Of a stretch of DNA of 64,000 nt, positions 41,001 to 54,200 are shown in pieces. Both the position numbers and the translations under genes were made by a program. Source of the stretch: the human T2T-CHM13v2.0 reference genome, Homo sapiens. Under the pieces are notes generated by a model that saw only the letters and a list, made by a program, of their open reading frames with translations, was not told the origin of the DNA and ran no database searches. Every line of letters begins with the position of its first letter. The stretch's first letter is position 1. Location of the stretch: assembly GCF_009914755.1 (NCBI RefSeq), contig NC_060948.1. One strand, 5' to 3'.

Positions 41001-44000
41001 TGGAAAGGAATGGAATCGAATGGAAAGGAATCGAATGGAAGGGAATGAAATTGAATCAACAGGAATGGAAGGAAGTAGAATAGACGGTAATGGAATGGAC
41101 TCGAATAGAATGGACACGAATGCTCAAATTGAATGGACTCGAATGGAATGGAAACGAAAGGAATGTCGTCGAATGGAATTGAATCGATTGGAATGAAATC
41201 GCATAGAATGGAGTGGAATCAAATGGAATTGAATCGAAAGGAAAGGAAGCGAATGGTCTGAAATGAAATGGAATGGAATTGAATGGAAAGTAATGCAAGG
41301 GAATAGAATGGAACGAAATTTCACGGAATGGAATCAAACTGAATGGAATCAAATCAATGGAATATAATCAAATGGCATGGAAAGGAATTGAATGGAGTAG
41401 ATTGGATTGGATGGGATTGGAATGAAATGTACTGGAAAGGACTCGAATTTCATGAAATGGAATGGAATGAACTGGAACGGAATGGACTCGAATGGAATGG
41501 AATGTCATGGAATGGCATCAAATGGAATGGCATCAAATGGAATGGAATCGAATGCAATGGAATGTTATGGAATGGAATGGAATGCATTGGAATGGAATGT
41601 CCCCTAATGGAATGGATTCGAGTGGAATGGAATCGAATATAATGGAGTCGAATGAAATGGAATTGAAAGGAAAGGGATCGAATACAATGGAATATACTGG
41701 AATGTAATGTAATGAACTCGAATGTAATTGACTAGAATGGAATGTACATGAATGGAATGTAATCGAATGGAAAATAATCTCATGGAATAGAATCTAATGC
41801 AATAAAATCGACTCAAATAGAATAGAATGGAATGGAATGGAGTGCAGTGCAATGGAATGGAATGGAATGGAATGCAATGGAATGGAATGGAATGGGATGG
41901 AATGGTATGGGATGGATAGAAATGGACTGGAGTGAAATGGACTGGAAAGTAATGGACTCAAATTGAAAGAGCTCGAAAGAATGGAGTCAAATGGAATGGT
42001 CTGGAATGGAATGAACACGAATGTAATGCAATCCAATAGAATGGAATCGAATGGCATGGAATATAAAGAAATGGAATCGAAGAGAATGGAAACGAATGGA
42101 ATGGAATTGAATGGAATGGAATTGAATGGAATGGGAACGAATGGAGTGAAATTGTATGCAGTAGAAGAGAATAGAATGGAATGCAAGCGAAATTAAAGGA
42201 ATGGATTGGAATGGAATGGAATTCATTGGAATGGAAGGGAATGTATTGCAATGGACAGGCCTTTAATAAAGTGGAATGCTACGGTCTCGAATGGAATAAA
42301 AATGTATGGAATGGAATTCAATGAAACGGAATCGAATGTCATAGAATGTAATGGAATGCAAAAAAATGGAATCCAAAATCATTGACTGGAAAGGCTGGGT
42401 GTCGAAAGGAATTGACTCCAATGGAATGAAATCGAATGGAATGGAAGTGAATAGAATCGAAGTAAATCGAATGGAATGGAATTGTTAGGAACGGAATGGA
42501 AAGGAGTGCAATGATTTGGCATGGAATGGAATCGAATGGCATTGAATGAAGTGGAATGGAATGCAATGGAATGGAATGTATTAGAATGTAATGAACATTA
42601 ATGGAATGTACTCGAATGGATTCGACTGGAATGGAATGTTCTGGAAGTGAATGGACTCCAATGGAATGGATTCGAAAGGAATGGAAACTAATGGAATGGA
42701 ATTAAATGGAAACGAATCAAATTGAATAGCACGGAATTGAATTGAATGGAATGGAATGCAATGGAATCTAATGAAATGGAAAGGAAAGGAATGGAATGGA
42801 ATGGAATGGGCTGGAGTTGAATGGAATCGATACGAATGGAATGGAATAGAACTGAAGAGACTGGAATGGAATTCACTGGAATGGAAGGGAGTGTAATGGA
42901 AGGATCTCGAAAAAAATGGAATCGAATGGAATGGAATTGAATGGAACGGAATAGAGTCGAATGGAATTCAATGGAATTGAATGGACTAGAGTGAAATGGA
43001 ATCGAACCACAAGGAATGGAGAGGAATAGAATGGTCTCGAATTGAATGGAATTGTATGGAATGACATCAAACGGAATGGAATGGACAGCCACGGAATGGA
43101 ATGCACTCGAATGCAATGGAGTCGAAACTAATGGACTGGAATAGAATGGACTCGACTGGTACGGACTCCAATGGAATGGAATCGAAAGGAAGGCAATCGA
43201 ACGGAATGGACTCGAAGGGAAAAGACTGCAATGGAAAGGTCTCGAATGGAATGGAAATTAATGGAATGGAATGGAATCGAATGAAATGGAGTCAAAAGGA
43301 ATGGAATCGAATGGCAAGAAATCGAATGTAATGGAATCGCAAGGAATTGATGTGAACGGAACGGAATGGAATGGAATCCAAAGGAATGGAATAGAATGGA
43401 ATGGAATCGAATGGAAAGGACTCGAATGGAAATCACTCGAATAGAATGCAATTTAATAAAATAGGATCAAATGTAATGGAATGGAATGGAAAGGAATCGA
43501 AACGAAAGGAATGGAGACAGATGGAATGGAATGGAACAGAGAGCAATGGTATAGAATGGAATGGAATCATCTGGAATGGAATTGAATGGAATGGAATAAC
43601 ATGAAATGGAATGGAATGGAATGGAATGCCCTTGAATTAAATGGACTGGAATGGAATGGACTCGAACAGAGTGTAATGGAAAGTGTTGAAATAGAATGGA
43701 ATGGACTCCTTTGGAATGGTCTAGTATGCAATGCAATCGACTGGCAGGGAATCAAAAGGAATGTAATCGAATGGATTGGACTGGAATGCAATGGACTCGA
43801 ATAGATTGGAAACGGAATGCAAAGGAATGGAATGGAATAGTATGGAATGGAATGGAAAGGAATGGAGTTTAATAGACTAGAGTGGAATGGAATGGACTGG
43901 AAAGCAATGGACTGGAATGGAACTTTCTTGAATGGACTGGAATCAAACGGAATGGAATGCAATGCAATCAAATGGCATGGAATAAAATGGAATGAAAGGG

Positions 44001-45299
44001 AATCAAATGGAATTGAATCGAATGGAATCGAATGGATTGGAAAGGAATAGAATGGAATGGAATGGAATTGACTCAAATGGAATGGACTAGAATGGAATGG
44101 ATTGGAATGGAAGGCAAAGGAATGGAATCTATTGGAATGGACTGTAATGGAATGGAATGGAAGGGATTGGAATGGACTCGAATGGAATGGACTGCAATAG
44201 AAAGGATTCGAATGGAATGAAAAAGAATTGAATGGAATAGAACAGAATGGAATCAAATCGAATGAAATGGAATGGAATAGAAAGGAATGGAATGAAATGG
44301 AATGGAAAGGATTCGAATGGAATGCAATCGAATGGAATGGAATCGAACGGAATGGAATAAAATGGAAGAAAACTGGCAAGAAATGGAATCGAAATGAATG
44401 GAGTGTTATGGAACGGACTCAAAAGGAATTGAATGTAATAGAATGGAGTGGAGTGGACTCGAATATAATGGACTGGAATGGAATGAAATCACATGGAATG
44501 GGAACGAATGGAATGGAATGGAAAGGAATGGAATCGAATGGAAAGGAATCGAATGGAAGGGAATGAAATTGAATCAACAGGAATGGAAGGGAATAGAATA
44601 GACGGTAATGGAATGGACTCGAATAGAATGGACACGAATGCTCAAATTGAATGGACTCGAATGGAATGGAAACGAAAGGAATGTCATCGAATGGAATTGA
44701 ATCGATTGGAATGAAATCGCATAGAATGGAGTGGAATCAAATGGAATTGAATCGAAAGGAAAGGAAGCGAATGGACTGAAATGAAATGGAATGGAATTGA
44801 ATGGAAAGTAATGCAATGGAATAGAATGGAACGAAATTTCACGGAATGGAATCAAATCAATGGAATCAAATCAAATGGAATGGAAAGGAATAGAATGGAG
44901 TAGATTGGATTGGATGGGATTGGAATGAAATGTACTGGAAAGGACTCGAATTTCATGAAACGGAATGGAATGAATTGGAACGGAATGGACTCGAATGGAA
45001 TGGAATGTCATGGAATGGCATCAAATGGAATGGCATCAAATGGAATGGAATCGAATGCAATGGAATGCTATGGAATGGAATGGAATGCATTGGAATGGAA
45101 TGTCCTCTAATGGAATGGATTCGAGTGGAATGGAATCGAATATAATGGAGTCGAATGAAATGGAATTGAAAGGAATGGGATCGAATACAATGGAATATAC
45201 TGGAATGTAATGTAATGAACTCGAATGTAATTGACTGGAATGGAATGTACATGAATGGAATGTAATCGAATGGAAAGTAATCCAATGGAATAGAATCTA

Positions 45300-48200
45300 A
45301 TGCAATAAAATCGACTCAGATAGAGTAGAATGTAATGGAATGGAGTGCAGTGCAATGGAATGGAATGGAATGGAATGCAATGGAATGGAATGGAATGGAA
45401 TGGAATGGGATGGAATGGGATGGAATGGTATGGAATGGATAGTAATGGACTGGAGTGAAATGGACTGGAAAGGAATGGACTCAAATTGAAAGGGCTCGAA
45501 AGGAATGGAGTCAAATGGAATGGTCTGGAATGGAATGAACACGAATGTAATGCAATCCAATAGAATGGAATCGAATGGCATGGAATATAAAGAAATGGAA
45601 TCGAAGAGAATGGAAACAAATGGAATGGAATTGAATGGAATGGAATTGAATGGAATGGGAACGAATGGAGTGAAATTGTATGCAGTAGAAGGGAATAGAA
45701 TGGAATGCAAGCGAAAGGAAAGGAATGGATTGGAATGGAATGGAATTCATTGGAATGGAAGGGAATGTAGTGTAATGGACAGGCCTGGAATAAAGTGGAA
45801 TGCTACGGTCTCGAATGGAATAAAAATGTATGGAATGGAATGCAATGAAACGGAATCGAATGTCATAGAATGTAATGGAATGCAAAAAAATGGAATCCAA
45901 AATCATTGACTGGAAAGGCTGGGTGTCGAAAGGAATTGACTCCAATGGAATGGAATCAAATGGAATGGAAGTGAATAGAATCGAACTAAATCGAATGGAA
46001 TGGAATTGATAGGAACGGAATGGAAAGGAATGCAATGATTTGGCATGGAATGGAATCGAATGGCATCGAATGGAATGGAATGGAATGCAATGGAATGGAA
46101 TGTATTAGAATGTAATGAACTTTAATGGAATGTACTCGAATGGATTCGACTGGAATGGAATGTTCTGGAAGTGAATGGACTCCAATGGAATGGATTCAAA
46201 AGGAATGGAATCGTACGGAATGGAATCTAATGGAATGGAATTAAATGGAAAAGAATCAAATTGAATAGCACGGAATTGAATTGAATGGAATCGAATGCAA
46301 TGGAATCTAATGAAACGGAAAGGAAAGGAATGGAATGGAATGGAATGGGCTGGAATGGAAAGGAATCGAAACGAATGGAATGGAATCGAACTGAAGAGAC
46401 TGGAATGGAATGCACTGGAATGGAAGGGAGTGTAATGGAAGGTTCTCGAAAAAAATGGAATCGAATGGAATGGAATTGAATGGAACGGAATAGAGTCGAA
46501 TGGAATTGAATGGAATGGAATGGACTAGAGTGAAATGGAATCGAACCACAAGGAATGGACAGGAATAGAATGGTCTCGAATTGAATGGAATCGTATGGAA
46601 TGGCATCAAACGGAAAGGAATGGACAGCCACGGAATGGAATGCACTCGAATGCAATGGAGTCGAAACTAATGGACTGGAATAGAATGGACTCGACTGGTA
46701 CGGACTCCAATGGAATGGAATCGAAAGGAAGGGAATCGAACGGAATGGACTCGAAGGGAAAAGACTGCAATGGAAAGGTCTCGAATGGAATGGAAATTAA
46801 TGGAATGGAATGGAATCGAATGAAATGGAGTCAAAAGGAATGGAATCGAATGGCAAGAAATCGAATGTAATGGATTCGCAAGGAATTGATGTGAACGGAA
46901 CGGAATGGAATGGAATCCAAAGGAATGGAATAGAATGGAATGGAATCGAATGGAAAGGACTCGAATGGAAATCACTGGAATAGAATGCAATTTAATAAAA
47001 TAGGATGAAATGTAATGGAATGGAATGGAAAGGAATCGAAACGAAAGGAATGGAGACAGATGGAATGGAATGGTACAGAGAGCAATGGTATAGAATGGAA
47101 TGGAATCATCTGGAATGGAATTGAATGGAATGGAATAATATGAAATGGAATGGAATGGAATGGAATGGAATGCCCTTGAATTAAATGGACTGGAATGGAA
47201 TGGACTCCAACAGAGTGAAATGGAAAGTGTTGAGATAGAATGGAATGGACTCCTTTGGAATGGTGTAGTATGCAATGCAATCGACTGGCAGGGAAGCAAA
47301 AGGAATGTAATCAAATGGATTGGACTGCAATGCAATGGACTCGAATAGATTGGAAACGGAATGCAAAGGAATGGAATGGAATAGTATGGAATGGAATGGA
47401 AAGGAATGGAGTGGAATAGACTAGAGTGGAATGGAATGGACTCGAAAGCAATGGACTGGAATGGAACTTTCTTGAATGGACTGGAATCAAACGGAATGGA
47501 ATGCAATGCAATCAAATGGCATGGAATAAAATAGAATGAAAGAGAATCAAATGGAATTGAATCGAATGGAATCGAATGGATTGGAAAGGATTAGAATGGA
47601 ATGGAATGGAATTGACTCAAATGGAATGGACTAGAATGGAATGGATTCGAATGGAAGGCAAAGGAATGGAATCTATTGGAATGGACTGTAATGGAATGGA
47701 ATGGAAGGGATTGGAATGGACTCGAATGGAATGGACTGCAATAGAAAGGATTCGAATGGAATGAAAAAGAATTGAATGGAATAGAACAGATTGGAATCAA
47801 ATCGAATGAAATGGAATGGAATAGAAAGGAATGGAATGAAATGGAATGGAAAGGATTCGAATGGAATGCAATCGAATGGAATGGAATCGAACGGAATGGA
47901 ATAAAATGGAAGAAAACTGGCAAGAAATGGAATCGAAATGAATGGAGTGTTATGGAACGGACTCAAAAGGAATTGAATGTAATAGAATGGAGTGGAGTGG
48001 ACTCGAATATAATGGACTGGAATGGAATGAAATCACATGGAATGGGAACGAATGGAATGGAATGGAAAGGAATGGAATCGAATGGAAAGGAATCGAATAG
48101 AAGGGAATGAAATTGAATCAACAGGAATGGAAGGGAATAGAATAGACGGTAATGGAATGGACTCGAATAGAATGGACACGAATTCTCAAATTGAATGGAC

Positions 48201-51200
48201 ACGAATGGAATGGAAACGAAAGGAATGTCATCGAATGGAATTGAATCGATTGGAATGAAATCACATAGAATGGAGTGGAATCAAATGGAATTGAATCGAA
48301 AGGGAAGGAAGCGAATGGACTGAAATGAAATGGAATGGAATTGAATGGAAAGTAATGCAATGGAATAGAATGGAACGAAATTTCACGGAATGGAATCAAA
48401 CTGAATGGAATCAAATCAATGGAATCAAATCAAATGGAATGGAAAGGAATTGAATGGAGTAGATTGGATTGGATGGGATTGGAATGAAATGTACTGGAAA
48501 GGACTCGAATTTCATGAAACGGAATGGAATGAATTGGAACGGAATGGACTCGAATGGAATGGAATGTCATGGAATGGCATCAAATGGAATGGCATCAAAT
48601 GGAATGGAATCGAATGCAATGGAATGCTATGGAATGGAATGGAATGCATTGGAATGGAATGTCCTCTAATGGAATGGATTCGAGTGGAATGGAATCGAAT
48701 ATAATGGAGTCGAATGAAATGGAATTGAAAGGAATGGGATCGAATAGAATGGAATATACTGGAATGTAATGTAATGAACTCGAATGTAATTGACTGGAAT
48801 GGAATGTACATGAATGGAATGTAATCGAATGGAAAGTAATCCAATGGAATAGAATCTAATGCAATAAAATCGACTCAGATAGAGTAGAATGTAATGGAAT
48901 GGAGTGCAGTGCAATGGAATGGAATGGAATGGAATGCAATGGAATGGAATGGAATGGAATGGAATGGGATGGAATGGGATGGAATGGTATGGAATGGATA
49001 GTAATGGACTGGAGTGAAATGGACTGGAAAGGAATGGACTCAAATTGAAAGGGCTCGAAAGGAATGGAGTCAAATGGAATGGTCTGGAATGGAATGAACA
49101 CGAATGTAATGCAATCCAATAGAATGGAATCGAATGGCATGGAATATAAAGAAATGGAATCGAAGAGAATGGAAACAAATGGAATGGAATTGAATGGAAT
49201 GGAATTGAATGGAATGGGAACGAATGGAGTGAAATTGTATGCAGTAGAAGGGAATAGAATGGAATGCAAGCGAAAGGAAAGGAATGGATTGGAATGGAAT
49301 GGAATTCATTGGAATGGAAGGGAATGTAGTGTAATGGACAGGCCTGGAATAAAGTGGAATGCTACGGTCTCGAATGGAATAAAAATGTATGGAATGGAAT
49401 GCAATGAAACGGAATCGAATGTCATAGAATGTAATGGAATGCAAAAAAATGGAATCCAAAATCATTGACTGGAAAGGCTGGGTGTCGAAAGGAATTGACT
49501 CCAATGGAATGGAATCAAATGGAATGGAAGTGAATAGAATCGAACTAAATCGAATGGAATGGAATTGATAGGAACGGAATGGAAAGGAATGCAATGATTT
49601 GGCATGGAATGGAATCGAATGGCATCGAATGGAATGGAATGGAATGCAATGGAATGGAATGTATTAGAATGTAATGAACTTTAATGGAATGTACTCGAAT
49701 GGATTCGACTGGAATGGAATGTTCTGGAAGTGAATGGACTCCAATGGAATGGATTCAAAAGGAATGGAATCGTACGGAATGGAATCTAATGGAATGGAAT
49801 TAAATGGAAAAGAATCAAATTGAATAGCACGGAATTGAATTGAATGGAATCGAATGCAATGGAATCTAATGAAACGGAAAGGAAAGGAATGGAATGGAAT
49901 GGAATGGGCTGGAATGGAAAGGAATCGAAACGAATGGAATGGAATCGAACTGAAGAGACTGGAATGGAATGCACTGGAATGGAAGGGAGTGTAATGGAAG
50001 GTTCTCGAAAAAAATGGAATCGAATGGAATGGAATTGAATGGAACGGAATAGAGTCGAATGGAATTGAATGGAATGGAATGGACTAGAGTGAAATGGAAT
50101 CGAACCACAAGGAATGGACAGGAATAGAATGGTCTCGAATTGAATGGAATCGTATGGAATGGCATCAAACGGAAAGGAATGGACAGCCACGGAATGGAAT
50201 GCACTCGAATGCAATGGAGTCGAAACTAATGGACTGGAATAGAATGGACTCGACTGGTACGGACTCCAATGGAATGGAATCGAAAGGAAGGGAATCGAAC
50301 GGAATGGACTCGAAGGGAAAAGACTGCAATGGAAAGGTCTCGAATGGAATGGAAATTAATGGAATGGAATGGAATCGAATGAAATGGAGTCAAAAGGAAT
50401 GGAATCGAATGGCAAGAAATCGAATGTAATGGATTCGCAAGGAATTGATGTGAACGGAACGGAATGGAATGGAATCCAAAGGAATGGAATAGAATGGAAT
50501 GGAATCGAATGGAAAGGACTCGAATGGAAATCACTGGAATAGAATGCAATTTAATAAAATAGGATGAAATGTAATGGAATGGAATGGAAAGGAATCGAAA
50601 CGAAAGGAATGGAGACAGATGGAATGGAATGGTACAGAGAGCAATGGTATAGAATGGAATGGAATCATCTGGAATGGAATTGAATGGAATGGAATAATAT
50701 GAAATGGAATGGAATGGAATGGAATGGAATGCCCTTGAATTAAATGGACTGGAATGGAATGGACTCCAACAGAGTGAAATGGAAAGTGTTGAGATAGAAT
50801 GGAATGGACTCCTTTGGAATGGTGTAGTATGCAATGCAATCGACTGGCAGGGAAGCAAAAGGAATGTAATCAAATGGATTGGACTGGAATGCAATGGACT
50901 CGAATAGATTGGAAACGGAATGCAAAGGAATGGAATGGAATAGTATGGAATGGAATGGAAAGGAATGGAGTGGAATAGACTAGAGTGGAATGGAATGGAC
51001 TCGAAAGCAATGGACTGGAATGGAACTTTCTTGAATGGACTGGAATCAAACGGAATGGAATGCAATGCAATCAAATGGCATGGAATAAAATAGAATGAAA
51101 GAGAATCAAATGGAATTGAATCGAATGGAATCGAATGGATTGGAAAGGATTAGAATGGAATGGAATGGAATTGACTCAAATGGAATGGACTAGAATGGAA

Positions 51201-54200
51201 TGGATTCGAATGGAAGGCAAAGGAATGGAATCTATTGGAATGGACTGTAATGGAATGGAATGGAAGGGATTGGAATGGACTCGAATGGAATGGACTGCAA
51301 TAGAAAGGATTCGAATGGAATGAAAAAGAATTGAATGGAATAGAACAGATTGGAATCAAATCGAATGAAATGGAATGGAATAGAAAGGAATGGAATGAAA
51401 TGGAATGGAAAGGATTCGAATGGAATGCAATCGAATGGAATGGAATCGAACGGAATGGAATAAAATGGAAGAAAACTGGCAAGAAATGGAATCGAAATGA
51501 ATGGAGTGTTATGGAACGGACTCAAAAGGAATTGAATGTAATAGAATGGAGTGGAGTGGACTCGAATATAATGGACTGGAATGGAATGAAATCACATGGA
51601 ATGGGAACGAATGGAATGGAATGGAAAGGAATGGAATCGAATGGAAAGGAATCGAATAGAAGGGAATGAAATTGAATCAACAGGAATGGAAGGGAATAGA
51701 ATAGACGGTAATGGAATGGACTCGAATAGAATGGACACGAATTCTCAAATTGAATGGACACGAATGGAATGGAAACGAAAGGAATGTCATCGAATGGAAT
51801 TGAATCGATTGGAATGAAATCGCATAGAATGGAGTGGAATCAAATGGAATTGAATCGAAAGGAAAGGAAGCGAATGGACTGAAATGAAATGGAATGGAAT
51901 TGAATGGAAAGTAATGCAATGGAATAGAATGGAACGAAATTTCACGGAATGGAATCAAACTGAATGGAATCAAATCAATGGAATCAAATCAAATGGAATG
52001 GAAAGGAATTGAATGGAGTAGATTGGATTGGATGGGATTGGAATGAAATGTACTGGAAAGGACTCGAATTTCATGAAACGGAATGGAATGAATTGGAACG
52101 GAATGGACTCGAATGGAATGGAATGTCATGGAATGGCATCAAATGGAATGGCATCAAATGGAATGGAATCGAATGCAATGGAATGCTATGGAATGGAATG
52201 GAATGCATTGGAATGGAATGTCCTCTAATGGAATGGATTCGAGTGGAATGGAATCGAATATAATGGAGTCGAATGAAATGGAATTGAAAGGAATGGGATC
52301 GAATAGAATGGAATATACTGGAATGTAATGTAATGAACTCGAATGTAATTGACTGGAATGGAATGTACATGAATGGAATGTAATCGAATGGAAAGTAATC
52401 CAATGGAATAGAATCTAATGCAATAAAATCGACTCAGATAGAGTAGAATGTAATGGAATGGAGTGCAGTGCAATGGAATGGAATGGAATGGAATGCAATG
52501 GAATGGAATGGAATGGAATGGAATGGAATGGAATGGAATGGAATGGGATGGGATGGAATGGTATGGAATGGATAGTAATGAACTGGAGTGAAATGGACTG
52601 GAAAGGAATGGAGTCAAATTGAAAGGGCTCGAAAGGAATGGAGTCAAATGGAATAGTCTGGAATGGAATGAACACGAATGTAATGCAATCCAATAGAATG
52701 GAATCGAATGGCATGGAATATAAAGAAATGGAATCGAAGAGAATGGAAACAAATGGAATGGAATTGAATGGAATGGAATTGAATGGAATGGGAACGAATT
52801 GAGTGAAATTGTATGCAGTAGAAGGGAATAGAATGGAATGCAAGCGAAAGGAAAGGAATGGATTGGAATGGAATGGAATTCATTGGAATGGAAGGGAATG
52901 TAGTGTAATGGACAGGCCTGGAATAAAGTGGAATGCTACGGTCTCGAACGGAATAAAAATGTATGGAATGGAATGCAATGAAACGGAATCGAATGTCATA
53001 GAATGTAATGGAATGCAAAAAAATGGAATCCAAAATCATTGACTGGAAAGGCTGGGTGTCGAAAGGAATTGACTCCAATGGAATGGAATCGAATGGAATG
53101 GAAGTGAATAGAATCGAACTAAATCGAATGGAATGGAATTGATAGGAACGGAATGGAAAGGAATGCAATGATTTGGCATGGAATGGAATCGAATGGCATC
53201 GAATGGAATGGAATGGAATGCAATGGAATGGAATGTATTAGAATGTAATGAACTTTAATGGAATGTACTCGAATGGATTCGACTGGAATGGAATGTTCTG
53301 GAAGTGAATGGACTCCAATGGAATGGATTCAAAAGGAATGGAATCGTACGGAATGGAATCTAATGGAATGGAATTAAATGGAAAAGAATCAAATTGAATA
53401 GCACGGAATTGAATTGAATGGAATCGAATGCAATGGAATCTAATGAAACGGAAAGGAAAGGAATGGAATGGAATGGAATGGGCTGGAATGGAAAGGAATC
53501 GAAACGAATGGAATGGAATCGAACTGAAGAGACTGGAATGGAATGCACTGGAATGGAAGGGAGTGTAATGGAAGGTTCTCGAAAAAAATGGAATCGAATG
53601 GAATGGAATTGAATGGAATGGAATAGAGTCGAATGGAATTGAATGGAATGGAATGGACTAGAGTGAAATGGAATCGAACCACAAGGAATGGACAGGAATA
53701 GAATGGTCTCGAATTGAATGGAATCGTATGGAATGGCATCAAACGGAAAGGAATGGACAGCCACGGAATGGAATGCACTCGAATGCAATGGAGTCGAAAC
53801 TAATGGACTGGAATAGAATGGACTCGACTGGTACGGACTCCAATGGAATGGAATCGAAAGGAAGGGAATCGAACGGAATGGACTCGAAGGGAAAAGACTG
53901 CAATGGAAAGGTCTCGAATGGAATGGAAATTAATGGAATGGAATGGAATCGAATGAAATGGAGTCAAAAGGAATGGAATCGAATGGCAAGAAATCGAATG
54001 TAATGGATTCGCAAGGAATTGATGTGAACGGAACGGAATGGAATGGAATCCAAAGGAATGGAATAGAATGGAATGGAATCGAATGGAAAGGACTCGAATG
54101 GAAATCACTCGAATAGAATGCAATTTAATAAAATAGGATGAAATGTAATGGAATGGAATGGAAAGGAATCGAAACGAAAGGAATGGAGACAGATGGAATG

